Shown: in pieces, positions 39,738 through 51,335 of the stretch | Layout: each line of letters opens with the position of its first letter | Numbering within the stretch: the first letter of the stretch is position 1 | From: Eledone cirrhosa | Taxonomy: Eukaryota | Length of the DNA: 64,000 nucleotides | Assembly: GCA_964016885.1 (NCBI GenBank) | Contig: OZ024743.1 | Span: forward strand, 231,818,001 to 231,882,000 | Direction: 5' to 3' | Notes under the pieces: generated by a model | Seen by the model: only the letters and a program-made list of their open reading frames with translations | The model's database searches: none | What the model was told of the DNA's origin: nothing | Made by a program: the position numbers and the translations under genes

Positions 39738-39782
39738 AATATTGCTGATGAGTTGTAACAACAACGAAACTAGTTCAATATT
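39738..39782 (+). ncRNA. Minimal Type I hammerhead ribozyme, inverted unit
   Basis: Identical to 39270-39314, offset +468. Confidence 0.88.
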
Positions 39783-40072
39783 CCTTGTCTGGCTTTCTGG
39801 AGAATAGAGGAAAGGTGTTTCCTCAAAAACCAGTATGACTCTAAAAACCGGTTTGTCTGTGTGTTTACATACAGAATAGCTGGCCACTCACAGTAAAGTG
39901 ACCAGTGAAAAAAACTTGGTACATCTACATATGTATACGTGTGTGTATTCATATACATACTAGTATTTCAGTATACATATATGGATGTACATCTTTAACT
40001 TAATTGTTTAAGCGTCAGTCATACAAAAGTGAGTTACAAACGAAACGAAATTTAATTTCGTTTCGTTATTTG

Positions 40073-40121
<49 letters not shown>

Positions 40122-40127
<6 letters not shown>

Positions 40128-40680
40128 TAATAATAATAAAATTGAAGACTAAAATCCAAAGAGGGCTCGATAAGGATAAATATATATCAAATATATAAGA
40201 ACCGTAGAGCAGATATTTATTAAAATAACAGATTAAAGTTTAAGCAAAGAATCGCTGCTTTCACCCTTAACGGGATCTTCTGAAACTAACAAAGTAAATC
40301 TGTAAACACAGAAGTGGGTATTTCAAAAAACGTTGCAACCGGAGGAAGACAGGAAGACGATACTTTGGTTCGTGGAAACGTTCCCTGGCAAAGAACGGCA
40401 AAAAAACGAATATAATACGTCATTAATAGGAGCGGTGAAAAACAATTACGCGCAAAGACAGAACCACGTTTATGGTATAAAAGAAGTCGTAGACTAATGT
40501 TCTCTTAGGTGGTTCATAGAGACGTTCTCTGGCTATGAACGGAAACAACGAAGATAATAAGTCATATGTGGAGCGTGGAGAACAATTGCACGCAAAGACA
40601 AAACCACGTAAATGGTATAACTGAAGTCGTAGACTAAAATTCTAACTAGGAAACCGAATGAATCTCCGCTTCAGAGTTAA
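40122..40680 (-). repeat. Family F repeat with HHR-like motif at 40237-40287 and internal ~145-bp duplication
   Basis: AGTTT CAGAAGA T CCC GTTAA GGG T GAAA GCA GCGATTCTT TGC TT AAACT; the core has A at position 4. Confidence 0.65.
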
Positions 40681-40898
40681 GAATAACGTAAATAAAATAC
40701 AATACAGAGGTAATAGAAATTAAATAAATACATACACGCATGCAAATACGTACATACACAAGCATACGCGAAAACACTCGCCATAGGTATACAAAACCAC
40801 GCACATATAAATATGTGTGTGTGTGTGTGTATACAAATAAATAAATAATTAAATAAACGTATATAAATAAATAAATACGTATATAACAAGCGCATACT

Positions 40899-40936
<38 letters not shown>

Positions 40937-40957
<21 letters not shown>

Positions 40958-41071
40958 ATGTTAGGTGAATCCATACGTACATATATATATGTGTGCATGT
41001 ATGTATATATATATACATACTACTGTACGTCTGTATACATATATGTATGTACGTATACATACTTATATTTA

Positions 41072-41169
<98 letters not shown>

Positions 41170-41690
41170 AATATAAGTATGTATACGTACATACATATAT
41201 GTATACAGACGTACAGTAGTATGTATATATATGCATACATGCACATATATATATATGTGTGTACGTATGGATTCACCTAACATTTATTATAATGCCTTGT
41301 GTGTTTGTAAACAAACATCCCGAATTAAGCCGTACAGTGTCTAGCAACCATCGTTGCTCATTTGTTCAACACTGACAAAGGAACGCTGTACTAGTTGCAA
41401 GCTTATTAGCTATCGTCAGCAACGTATACCTTCTTGCCAGATGATTGAACGTCTAAAAGTATATACTTTCCTTATGCATATTAACGGCTCAGCAGCCTAA
41501 TTTGCATATCGAGTGAGTTAATCGGCCGGGGTATCGAAAACGATAAACGGAAAAAATGAAACGAAATTTCATTTCTCACTCTTAGTACGGCTGTTACTTA
41601 AATATAAATATGTATACATACATACATACATATATGTATACAGACGTACAGTAGTATGCATATATATATACATACATGCAAACATATATA
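40937..41690. repeat. Family A: 435-bp-period tandem (minus, 41165-41690) directly 3' of the PLE ORF, plus an inverted partial copy (40937-41070) across (TA)n
   Basis: CAGACGTACAGTAGTATG at 41206 and 41641. The HHR at 41383-41425 (minus) has GCAA for GAAA. Confidence 0.85.
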
Positions 41691-41691
41691 T

Positions 41692-42471
41692 TATTATTGT
41701 TCATTTATTTTGGGTTGGAATTTATCAATAAAATTATTTTCTTTGATTTTTCTTTTGATTTTACTTGGGCTGTGTAATTTGTAGAATAGAAATTTTGTAA
41801 ATATCCTCTGACCACGTGTTGCTAGATGGTTATTAGGGGTATCTGACAGACATTTGGATCTCTGATTTGCTGTCGGTGTACCCGTGCACTTTCCGATAGT
41901 GCATTTCCAGTTTTACCGACATATAGTTCTTCACAATTCGGGCATTTAATGCAGTAAATTAGATTTCTGCTTTTGCAGTTCATATTTGCATTTGGGAATA
42001 TTTTTCCTGTGTTCATATATTGACCGGTGTGTATGGATTGACATGTGCCACATCGAATATCATTGCATTTAGATACAGTGAATGATTGGTCTTTGTTGTT
42101 AAGGTCAAAATTTGCTTTTGTTAGTAATTGCTTCAAATTTTTCGGCTGTCTTTTACTAAGAGTCAAAGATCGATCTGCGATTAAGCCTTTTAATTCATTA
42201 CTTTAAGCAATGATCGGTAGGTTTGCTTTGGCAGTGTTGAAGATATTCTGGTGACATGGGTCGTGTGTAATTATAAATGGTATGACCAGTTCGTGGTTTC
42301 TTCTTCCTAGGGTTGTCCTAAGTTCTTGTATAGGTATTTTTATAGCCCGCTGTATGCCATTTTCAAAAAGTAGAGATGGGTATTTTTGTTTGAGCAAAAA
42401 TTCTCTTAGTTCTGTTAGGCGTTTGTTCCTGGTATTCGTATCTTCTACAATGGTACAAATTATTACGGCTA
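41692..42471 (-). pseudogene. 5'-truncated Penelope-like element (Neptune-like): RT thumb, Cys linker and GIY-YIG endonuclease
   Basis: LLKQKYP, KRQPKNLKQLL, CNDIRCGTC, CKSRNLIYCIKCPNCEELYVGKTG..H and C-terminal FYKL..KENNFIDKFQPKIN*; frameshifted. Confidence 0.88.
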
Positions 42472-42481
42472 TACACACACA

Positions 42482-42519
<38 letters not shown>

Positions 42520-42524
<5 letters not shown>

Positions 42525-42736
42525 ATAATAGTAAATTTGAAGACTAAAATCCAAAGAGGGTTCGATAAGGATAAATATATATCAAATATATAAGAACCGT
42601 AGAGCAAATATTTATTAAAATAACAGATTAAAGGTTAAGCAAAGAATCGCTGCTTTAACCCTTAACGGGATCTTCAGAAGATCTCGTTAAGGGTGAAAGC
42701 ATGAATTCTTTGCTTAAACTTTAATCTGTTATTTTA

Positions 42737-42744
<8 letters not shown>
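42520..42744. repeat. Family F hairpin (arms 42608-42675 and 42677-42744) hinged inside the HHR core
   Basis: GATCTTC A GAAGATC centre at 42676, with (TA)n on both sides. Confidence 0.85.
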
Positions 42745-42808
<64 letters not shown>

Positions 42809-42843
42809 TATAATAACAGATTAAAGTTTAAACAAATAATTCA

Positions 42844-42890
<47 letters not shown>

Positions 42891-42971
42891 TAAGAAAAGC
42901 AGAACAAACAAACGTTAAACAATTCTTTAATAAGATTTAAAAAATAATTTAAATATTTACCCGTTCATAAT

Positions 42972-43051
42972 GCTATTACCGGCGGTTTCGCTTTACAAAA
43001 GGTTAGAGATTCAGAGAATTTCTAACGGAAAAGTAAAGTTCATCAGATAGC
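42972..43051 (-). ncRNA. Type I hammerhead motif with extended stem II
   Basis: GCTAT CTGATGA ACTTTAC..GTTAGA..TCTAAC..GTAAAGC GAAA CCGCCGG TA ATAGC. The first stem II pair is an A-C mismatch. Confidence 0.7.
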
Positions 43052-43142
43052 TATTCCCTTACAATAGGAACTAGTCCCACTGTCTGTAAATAATTTGCCA
43101 ACTACCAGCTAGCGTGAGTAGGCCGTTAGAATGATCCACACT

Positions 43143-43228
<86 letters not shown>

Positions 43229-43307
43229 TATGTACACGTACATACATATATGTATACAGACGTACAGTAGTATGTATATATATATATATATATACATACA
43301 CGCACAC

Positions 43308-43373
<66 letters not shown>

Positions 43374-43613
43374 AAAGGGTGAAGAATAACATGGTCGTCT
43401 CTAGAATAGGTCGGCTATAGTACAGCCGACCATTTTATTCTTCACTCTTTTACTATTATTACTCCAAGAACCGCCAACCTAGGAACTTTCTTAAACCGGC
43501 AACCCGACTAAGGAAACTTCTTGTCGAGTCAAACAACGCCGTACGTTAAAACTATCCCCGACACAGTACTCATAACCTCTAGCTGGATTACTTTAAACGA
43601 TATCTTGTTATGT

Positions 43614-43776
<163 letters not shown>

Positions 43777-44389
43777 ATGCATGTATATGAAAATTGATGT
43801 TAGTCGAATGCACGATGCTGCGGCCACAGGTAGTGTGTATTAGCCAAAGAGAGGAAATCAGATGTCTAATAAGGTCCTATAACTGTCAAACATGCGATAT
43901 TTCTCAGGATTCGATTCGACGACAAATAAATTTGTTTATATATATATATATGTCGGAAGTGATTGTTTGTGTGTGTGTGTATATATGTGTGTAAACTCCC
44001 CAAAAGAATGTAACACAGGTCAAAGTAGAATGCAGCCAGTGTACAACTGCCTCAGAATGATAAAGTACGCCGGAGAAAGTCCAGACGAACAGGCCACTGT
44101 ATATGCCTAAAAAAACTAATAATCTCTACTATGATATTAAAATCTCATTCTCCCTTTCGCCAGTAATTAATGAACGTATTTATCTGTTTGTACGTATGTA
44201 TTTATGTATGTATGTATGTCACCGACGACCCGACCTATGTGACTGGTTGTACATGTTACTTGTAGCATTCACACGAGCCGGAGAGAAATCGAGCCAACTA
44301 TGAGTATGGCTTAATTTCTAAGTTAGCGAGTGGACTCACCAGACATGGTAAGATGCATGAAGACACAGCCCAGCCTGTTTTACCAGGAG

Positions 44390-44525
44390 ACACACAGTGC
44401 ATGTTTCACATCCGCGAACGTACATGCAAACTAAAAGCGGGTCTGAAAAGTCGCTTGCGTGCCCATGATCTTGCAATGTTCAATGAAGGGACGGTACTCT
44501 TCTGACTAGAAGTAGCAATCAAAAT
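44390..44525 (+). mobile_element. Possible RTE-type LINE/SINE 3' end
   Basis: HIRERTCKLKAGLKSRLRAH resembles the decayed C-terminal C2H2 finger (R.C.S..GL.SH.R.H) of RTE elements and is followed by (TGTA)n. Confidence 0.4.
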
Positions 44526-45643
44526 GTATGTATGTATATATGTATGTATGTCGCATGGTTGGATCGTCAGCGACTAAACCGGCAACCCCACCAAGTTTAG
44601 AGGGTGATTTTGCACAGCCTGCAGGTCAAAAATCAAATCCTGAGAAAGGGCGGAAGAGCTCCTGAGAGATAACGGCCATCCACAAATGTGTAAATATGTG
44701 TATAGATGTGTATATATATATATATATGTATATATGTGTATACGTGTATGCAAATGTATATATATATATATGCGCAGGGACATAGAAATAGACTGGCTGG
44801 ATACCCGATCGCGCGGTTAAACCGCTGGGAATGAAGGACCTAGTCTTTGTCAGGGTATACTTCTAGGAGAAGGCAACTCAGGAAACTCAGATAACTGCGA
44901 CATAAAACCTGCGGCTCAACAGTTACCGATGATGTTGATCTTATCTTCTTTTCGAGTTATAGCTACTGTTGCTCAGAGAGTGGGATTGGCTCAGTGCACA
45001 GTCTTTCCTCACTTTAAAAGAATCTTCACGCACTGGAATTGCATGGTAGCATTAGTTAATAATTATTAATAATTTTATTTCGTGCAATGGCCATACTCAA
45101 TAACGAGGGGGCAGCCATCGTGTATGTATGTCTGTATGCATGTAGTTACGACGCGCAAACAAGAGCAAGCGTTTTGAATTCTTGTAGTAGAGTTTATTTA
45201 TTTATTCAAAAATAATATTCATTCCTTCGCTGTTATATAGCGTAATATTTCACATTATTTTTCCAGGGCAAAAAAGAAAGAGAAGAAAAATGCACTACAA
45301 CTATGTGTTAAATTAGCAGGAACATTCAGTGAATTCTTTTGTATGAATTTATTTTACGTATTATCCACCATTATATTTGTTCCTGTTTCAACACGCCACA
45401 TAAATAATGCTGTTCACCTAACTGCATTATACGTTTCTTCAAACGCTTATCTTACACTCAACAACTTCTGTGTCACTGCTTACTGTAGTAATACACTCAA
45501 ATTAGTATACCCATGTGACTAGATCAAGAACATCGACTTAATTTCCTTGGAGCCAATATTGAACCTGAAAACTTTATCATAGAAAAACGACATATATATG
45601 TGAAGAATATATTGTTTTAATAATAATGTTTTCTTTATTGTTT

Positions 45644-46020
45644 TAATAATAATAATAATAATAATGACACTATTGTGTACAGTGCTCAGGTGCACTACAA
45701 CTCATCAAATGTGCATCTATAGAATAATGTTAAAATGTCAGGAAAATGAACAGTGTATGAGTCATGATACACATGTGTACGTGTGTATGGAGGGGAGACA
45801 TCAGGTCCAGTGTTGGCGAAGCATGGAGGTTTTAAAGGATGCAGTGTCTCGTCAGCTAAAAACTGATGCAGATAGTTTGTTCCATGCTTCAGCAACTCTG
45901 AGCGTAAGAAAAAAAATGTTTCCAAAAGTCATGGGAGCTGTGCTGTTTTCTGACTTTGTAGGTATGCCCACGGGTGTTAGACACATGGAAATCAAAAAGG
46001 TGCTCAGGGTTGTTGTTTTG
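45644..46020 (-). mobile_element. CR1/L2-type LINE 3' fragment with (ATT)n tail
   Basis: NTRGHTYKVRKQ..WKHFF/LRVAEAWNKL..ASFK motif. Confidence 0.8.
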
Positions 46021-46403
46021 TTGCAGGACGAGGAACATATGAAGCGGGTGAAACACAAGTTTATGTGGCGTATATATCTGACTACGTCGTAGATTCTGGT
46101 GAAACGGAAGGGACATTCGACCAAGAACAAAAATATGATTACTGATAGAGGTATACATTCATCGTTCTCTGAATACTGCTTGATCCAGATAACCTAGTAC
46201 ACTTTGGTACAATTGAAATTAATTTAGAGTAAGTGGGGTGAACAATATACACGAAACATATATGTACATGAATGCACACACGCATACACATACACATATT
46301 TTCACATATCTTTTCAGGACAGATACACGCTAAATGTGAATCACACTCGCAGTATACGCAGCGCCGCCATATATGCGTATATTTATGCATATATATATAT
46401 TAT

Positions 46404-47240
46404 ACAATAATGAGAGGTACACAAATACATGTGTATACATACATATACATGCATATATACACATATACTTTTTTCACAAGTATGTGAGATTGTGTGTTGT
46501 CGGCCTTAACCAGTATTGCTCTATGATTATGAGAGACAAGATAATCGGAATAATTAAATTGACTCGATATCAGAGCTCTGTAATATATTATAAAGTAAGA
46601 AGAAATATTAGACATGAATAAATACCTATTTTTTCTTCAAATTCCCGACTGTACAGTTTCGTCGTTTCTGTGCAAAAATCCTATATCATAGAGATGTAAC
46701 ATTTTTGTGAGGTAGGCCAACTTTTCAAGGGAACACCTCAGGGAAAGAACAATTTCAAACAGGTCTGCATCGCGTGAGAGAATCTCGAAAAGGCGGAGGA
46801 AAACACTATCACGTGATATAGTGGTCAAGAAATGGGGTTAAATTCCTTGTAACAGGGAAAATTATTTCAGAAGGCCGAGGGGATATTGATATGATACAGA
46901 GGCTACAGAAGGGTGGTAAGGCTGAGTGGAAGTGTATATAGTATTTGCTTGAAAGCAGTCACTATACTTCCGTTGTTACTCTACGATGAGGTAGTTATAG
47001 ACAATAATGAGAAGTACACAAATACATGTGTATACATACATATACATGCATATATACACATATATTTTTTTCACAAGAAGATATTTTTCACTGCTACAAG
47101 GGATTTAATCTCATTTCTTGACCACTGTATCACGTGATAGTGTTTCCCTCCGCCTTTTCGAGATTCTCTCACGCGATGCAGAGATTTGAAGAAAAAATAG
47201 GTATATATTTGTCTAATATTTCTTCTTACTTTATAATATC
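46404..47240. repeat. Family H: 597-bp-period HHR repeat with terminal inverted, internally deleted segment
   Basis: ACAATAATGAGA..TACACAAATACATG at 46404 and 47001. 47100-47240 is the reverse complement of parts of 46580-46850. Confidence 0.8.
46641..46734 (-). ncRNA. Type I hammerhead motif, U3-A8 variant core, long stem II
   Basis: GTTCCC TTGAAAA GTTG..CAAAAAT..ATTTTTG..CGAC GAAA CTGTACAG TC GGGAAT. Confidence 0.72.
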
Positions 47241-47242
47241 AT

Positions 47243-47333
<91 letters not shown>

Positions 47334-47373
47334 GATATTAAATAAATGGAAATTATATTTATAAAAACATATT

Positions 47374-47439
47374 TATTTCATTATATATATTTCAGGGATA
47401 TCATATTAAAAATATGGTATGCCTTCTTCAGACAAAATA
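47374..47439 (-). ncRNA. Minimal Type I hammerhead motif (family I, related to 62547-62861)
   Basis: TATTTTGT CTGAAGA AGGCATACCATATT..AATATGATATCCCT GAAA TATATA TA ATGAAATA. Confidence 0.7.
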
Positions 47440-47695
47440 CAATATAAACAGTCTTATAAATAGATAGATTTGACATACCTTACAACTTCAACTTCCATTT
47501 AAAAAGTTGAATTGGTAGTGAAAAATGTTAGGGACAGTTATAAAAAGAAAGAAAGAAAAAAAGCGAAGAAAAAGAAGAAATGCATGCAACTAAATAGAGA
47601 GAGATAGATATAGAGAGATAGATAGAGAGAGGAAATTCATGTAAAGAAACAGAGAGAGATAGATAGAGAGAGAAAAAACACAGAGGGAGATAGAT

Positions 47696-47727
<32 letters not shown>

Positions 47728-48138
47728 AAAAAAAGTAGAGAGAGATAGATATAGATAGAGATAGGGAGAAAGAAAATAAAGAGAAAGAAAATAGGTAGTT
47801 GGGCACCAGTTGAATGACGTATCAATGATATATTTATTTATTTATTTATTTATTTAGTTCTAGTATTAAGGTAGAGAGAGATATATGTGGTTAGGAGAGA
47901 AAACAGCCGTTACATAGAGAGAAAAGAAAAATATCCAGAGATAAACGAGGCAGATTTAAAACATTATGTTTCATCAATGTAAAAATATCAATTCGTATGA
48001 ATTAGGTATTATAATGTAAATATCAGTATTCATGAATGAGACACGTATCAATAATATGTGTAAAATAATGATCATATGTCTAGTTTAAAATTCTTAGGTT
48101 TATATCAGAGCTGAGATAAAAAACTGAGATAAAATATA

Positions 48139-48178
<40 letters not shown>

Positions 48179-48223
48179 TAAACAAATAATGAATAAACAA
48201 TTCCTTATATTAAACAAAAAAAG

Positions 48224-48377
48224 TTCATTATTTAACGATCGTTTCTAGGATATATATGTGTTAGAATTGGTATGCATATTCAACAGATCTATGTACAAAA
48301 TTATACAAAATTATACAAATTATCAAGATTAAATATACATACCAACACATATATACGCCGTCTTCAGAAATAATGAA
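48224..48377 (-). ncRNA. Type I hammerhead motif with very long stem II
   Basis: Reverse complement of 56106-56259; same sense as the PLE ORF. Confidence 0.75.
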
Positions 48378-49046
48378 GTATATTTATTGATAATAACAAC
48401 AATTCAAAATTTCAGGTCCGTTTGGGAACAAAATTGACCAATGAAAACACAAAGGGTTAAATGCAGTTCGGTGTGTGTATATACATGTAAAACCCTTACA
48501 CATATTTTACAAAAATGTATGTATAATTTGTATACGCATACTAAAAGGATGGATGCAAATACAAAATTTCAAGGTTAATGTCTCTGTAGGTTTATAATGC
48601 ACAGATAAGATGCGTATTGACACTTTTGAAATTAAGTATATAAATATATTTTTTCATACACACACATATCCGTACAATCACACATACACGCGCGTATATG
48701 CATAAATATACATAACCACGAACATACAAACACACACACACCCCCACTCACATTTATATATGTGGATATAAAATCATAAGCACATGGATATTAATTCACT
48801 CACATAAAACACTGGCACACACATTTTTAGATCAAGATACAGAAATTAGGTGGGAGGGGGGGGGGAGAGGTCAGTGTTCAACGGTCTGAGCTGACTGCCT
48901 AATATAGATGTATCTATAAACTAAGAAAATAATAAATAAATAAACATTAAAGAGGAAAGAATAGAAAGAAAACAGAAAAAAGAAAAAAGAAAAAAGAAAA
49001 AAGAAATATATCAAGAAAATAAATATATATATATATATACATATAT

Positions 49047-49085
<39 letters not shown>

Positions 49086-49272
49086 TATATATATATATAA
49101 TATACATATATATACACATATACACACATACACACATACATAAATATACACACATATATACAAACACATACATACATATACACACATCCACACTAAGAAC
49201 ATACATACACACACATATATAAACATATACATATACACACATACATACATATACACATATACATACAAATAC

Positions 49273-49347
<75 letters not shown>

Positions 49348-49711
49348 TATGTATATACACGTACATATACACACACTTATACATATGATCACACATACTA
49401 TATAGACACAGATATATATAACCACACACATACATGCACATATACAATACTTACATACTAATATACATACAGATATACACATACATAGCTATATATACAC
49501 ACAAATATATACAGACTTACATATATACATACAGACAAATACTTACGCATCTATATATCGGTATATACATACAAACACCACTACACTATCACACAACTTA
49601 GAAATACAAAGAGAAAGGTATATACCTATACACACATACATATACAAATAGAAAAACATATAGATATATATATATATATACACACACATATACATACACA
49701 TATATATATAT

Positions 49712-49754
<43 letters not shown>

Positions 49755-49977
49755 ATATACACATACACACACATACACATATACACACATACATACATGT
49801 ACACACACATAGAAATATATACGCATACACACATACACACATACATATAAAGTCATATACACACATACACCTACACGAACATACACATACACATATATAA
49901 AGATATATATACACACACACACACACACACAACACATACACACATACATATATATATAAAAAAAATATAAATAATAA

Positions 49978-50048
<71 letters not shown>

Positions 50049-50423
50049 CATACACACAAATATACATACACATACATACACACATACATATACATACATG
50101 TACATACATACACGTACATCAATATACATACATATATATATACACACATAGACATATACATACATACACACACATCTTACATACACACATATATATACAT
50201 GTATATTCATACATAGAATTAGATATATAATCATACATACATATGTACTTACTTATACTCATATATACAAATACATACGCATCCATATATGCGTATATAC
50301 ATAAAAACACCACTACAACCTCACCTAACTCAGACATACAAATAAAAATAAAAAGGCATATGCATATACATATATACACGCATTAATAGAGATATATATA
50401 TAGATACATACATATATATATAT

Positions 50424-50467
<44 letters not shown>

Positions 50468-50712
50468 ATTCATACATATATATATATAGATACCCACACA
50501 CTCATACCACCATAAATACACATACAAACACCCACATATACATATATATATACACACGCATATATATATATATATATACACACACATAAAAAACAGACAT
50601 GCACATATATATATATTTTTTTACACTTATATATACACATATTATATACACATACACAACCTCACATATACACACATACACATAAGTTATATTATAATAA
50701 TAAAAAATAAAA

Positions 50713-50759
<47 letters not shown>

Positions 50760-50845
50760 CATATATATATATATATATATACATATAAACATATACATAC
50801 ATATATACACACATACGAATATAGACATATATTCACACATAGACA

Positions 50846-50893
<48 letters not shown>

Positions 50894-51199
50894 TACATAT
50901 ACACAGACATATATACACACTCACATATATATGTGTGTGTGCACACACACATATATACACACATACACATATATATACATAAACACATATATGTGCATAC
51001 ATGCACACACACACACATATATCACATAGATACGAAGATAGACATATAAATAGAGAGACATACATATATATACAACACACATACACACACATACATACAC
51101 ACACATATACATATGTTCTAGTCGATCGACTTTCGTCAAATCGGACCGAGGAAACTATGTTTCCGTTGGTCTTTCCAATTGCTAATACTATCTATCGGT

Positions 51200-51335
51200 C
51201 GCAACTCCAGGTAGAAGGAGCAACGTGAAATAAAGTGTCTTGCTCAAGGACATAACGCATCGCCTGGTTCAGGAATCGAACTCACAACCTCACGATTGTG
51301 AATCCAATACTCTAACCACTCAGCCACACGCCTTC
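51200..51335 (-). mobile_element. tRNA-derived SINE (second family)
   Basis: A box TGGCTGAGTGG, B box GAGTTCGATTCC, then TGTCCTTGAGCAAGACACTTTA body. Confidence 0.8.

Larger units (their letters stand above)
36132..40077. mobile_element. 468-bp hammerhead tandem repeat (retrozyme-like) arranged as a giant inverted array between (TA)n tracts
   Basis: About 4.6 units in one orientation (36132-38279) and about 3.8 units reversed (38293-40077). Units are almost identical, with one HHR each. Confidence 0.93.

Noticed and set aside
36182-39958. Repeated 60-62 aa ORFs in the 468-bp unit
   Set aside because: They have no recognisable motif, are antisense to the ribozyme strand, and recur only because the unit is repeated.
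36132-40077. CRISPR-like or rDNA/snRNA tandem array
   Set aside because: Whole units are identical with no unique spacers, and I recognise no 5S, tRNA or snRNA sequence.
43370-43457. Small imperfect palindrome as a separate MITE
   Set aside because: No TSD or second copy in the window, and no ribozyme core; it may be another fold-back relic but this is unsupported.
51260-51335. tRNA gene
   Set aside because: It has A/B boxes but runs into a SINE body shared with 59800-59965, and I see no complete cloverleaf.
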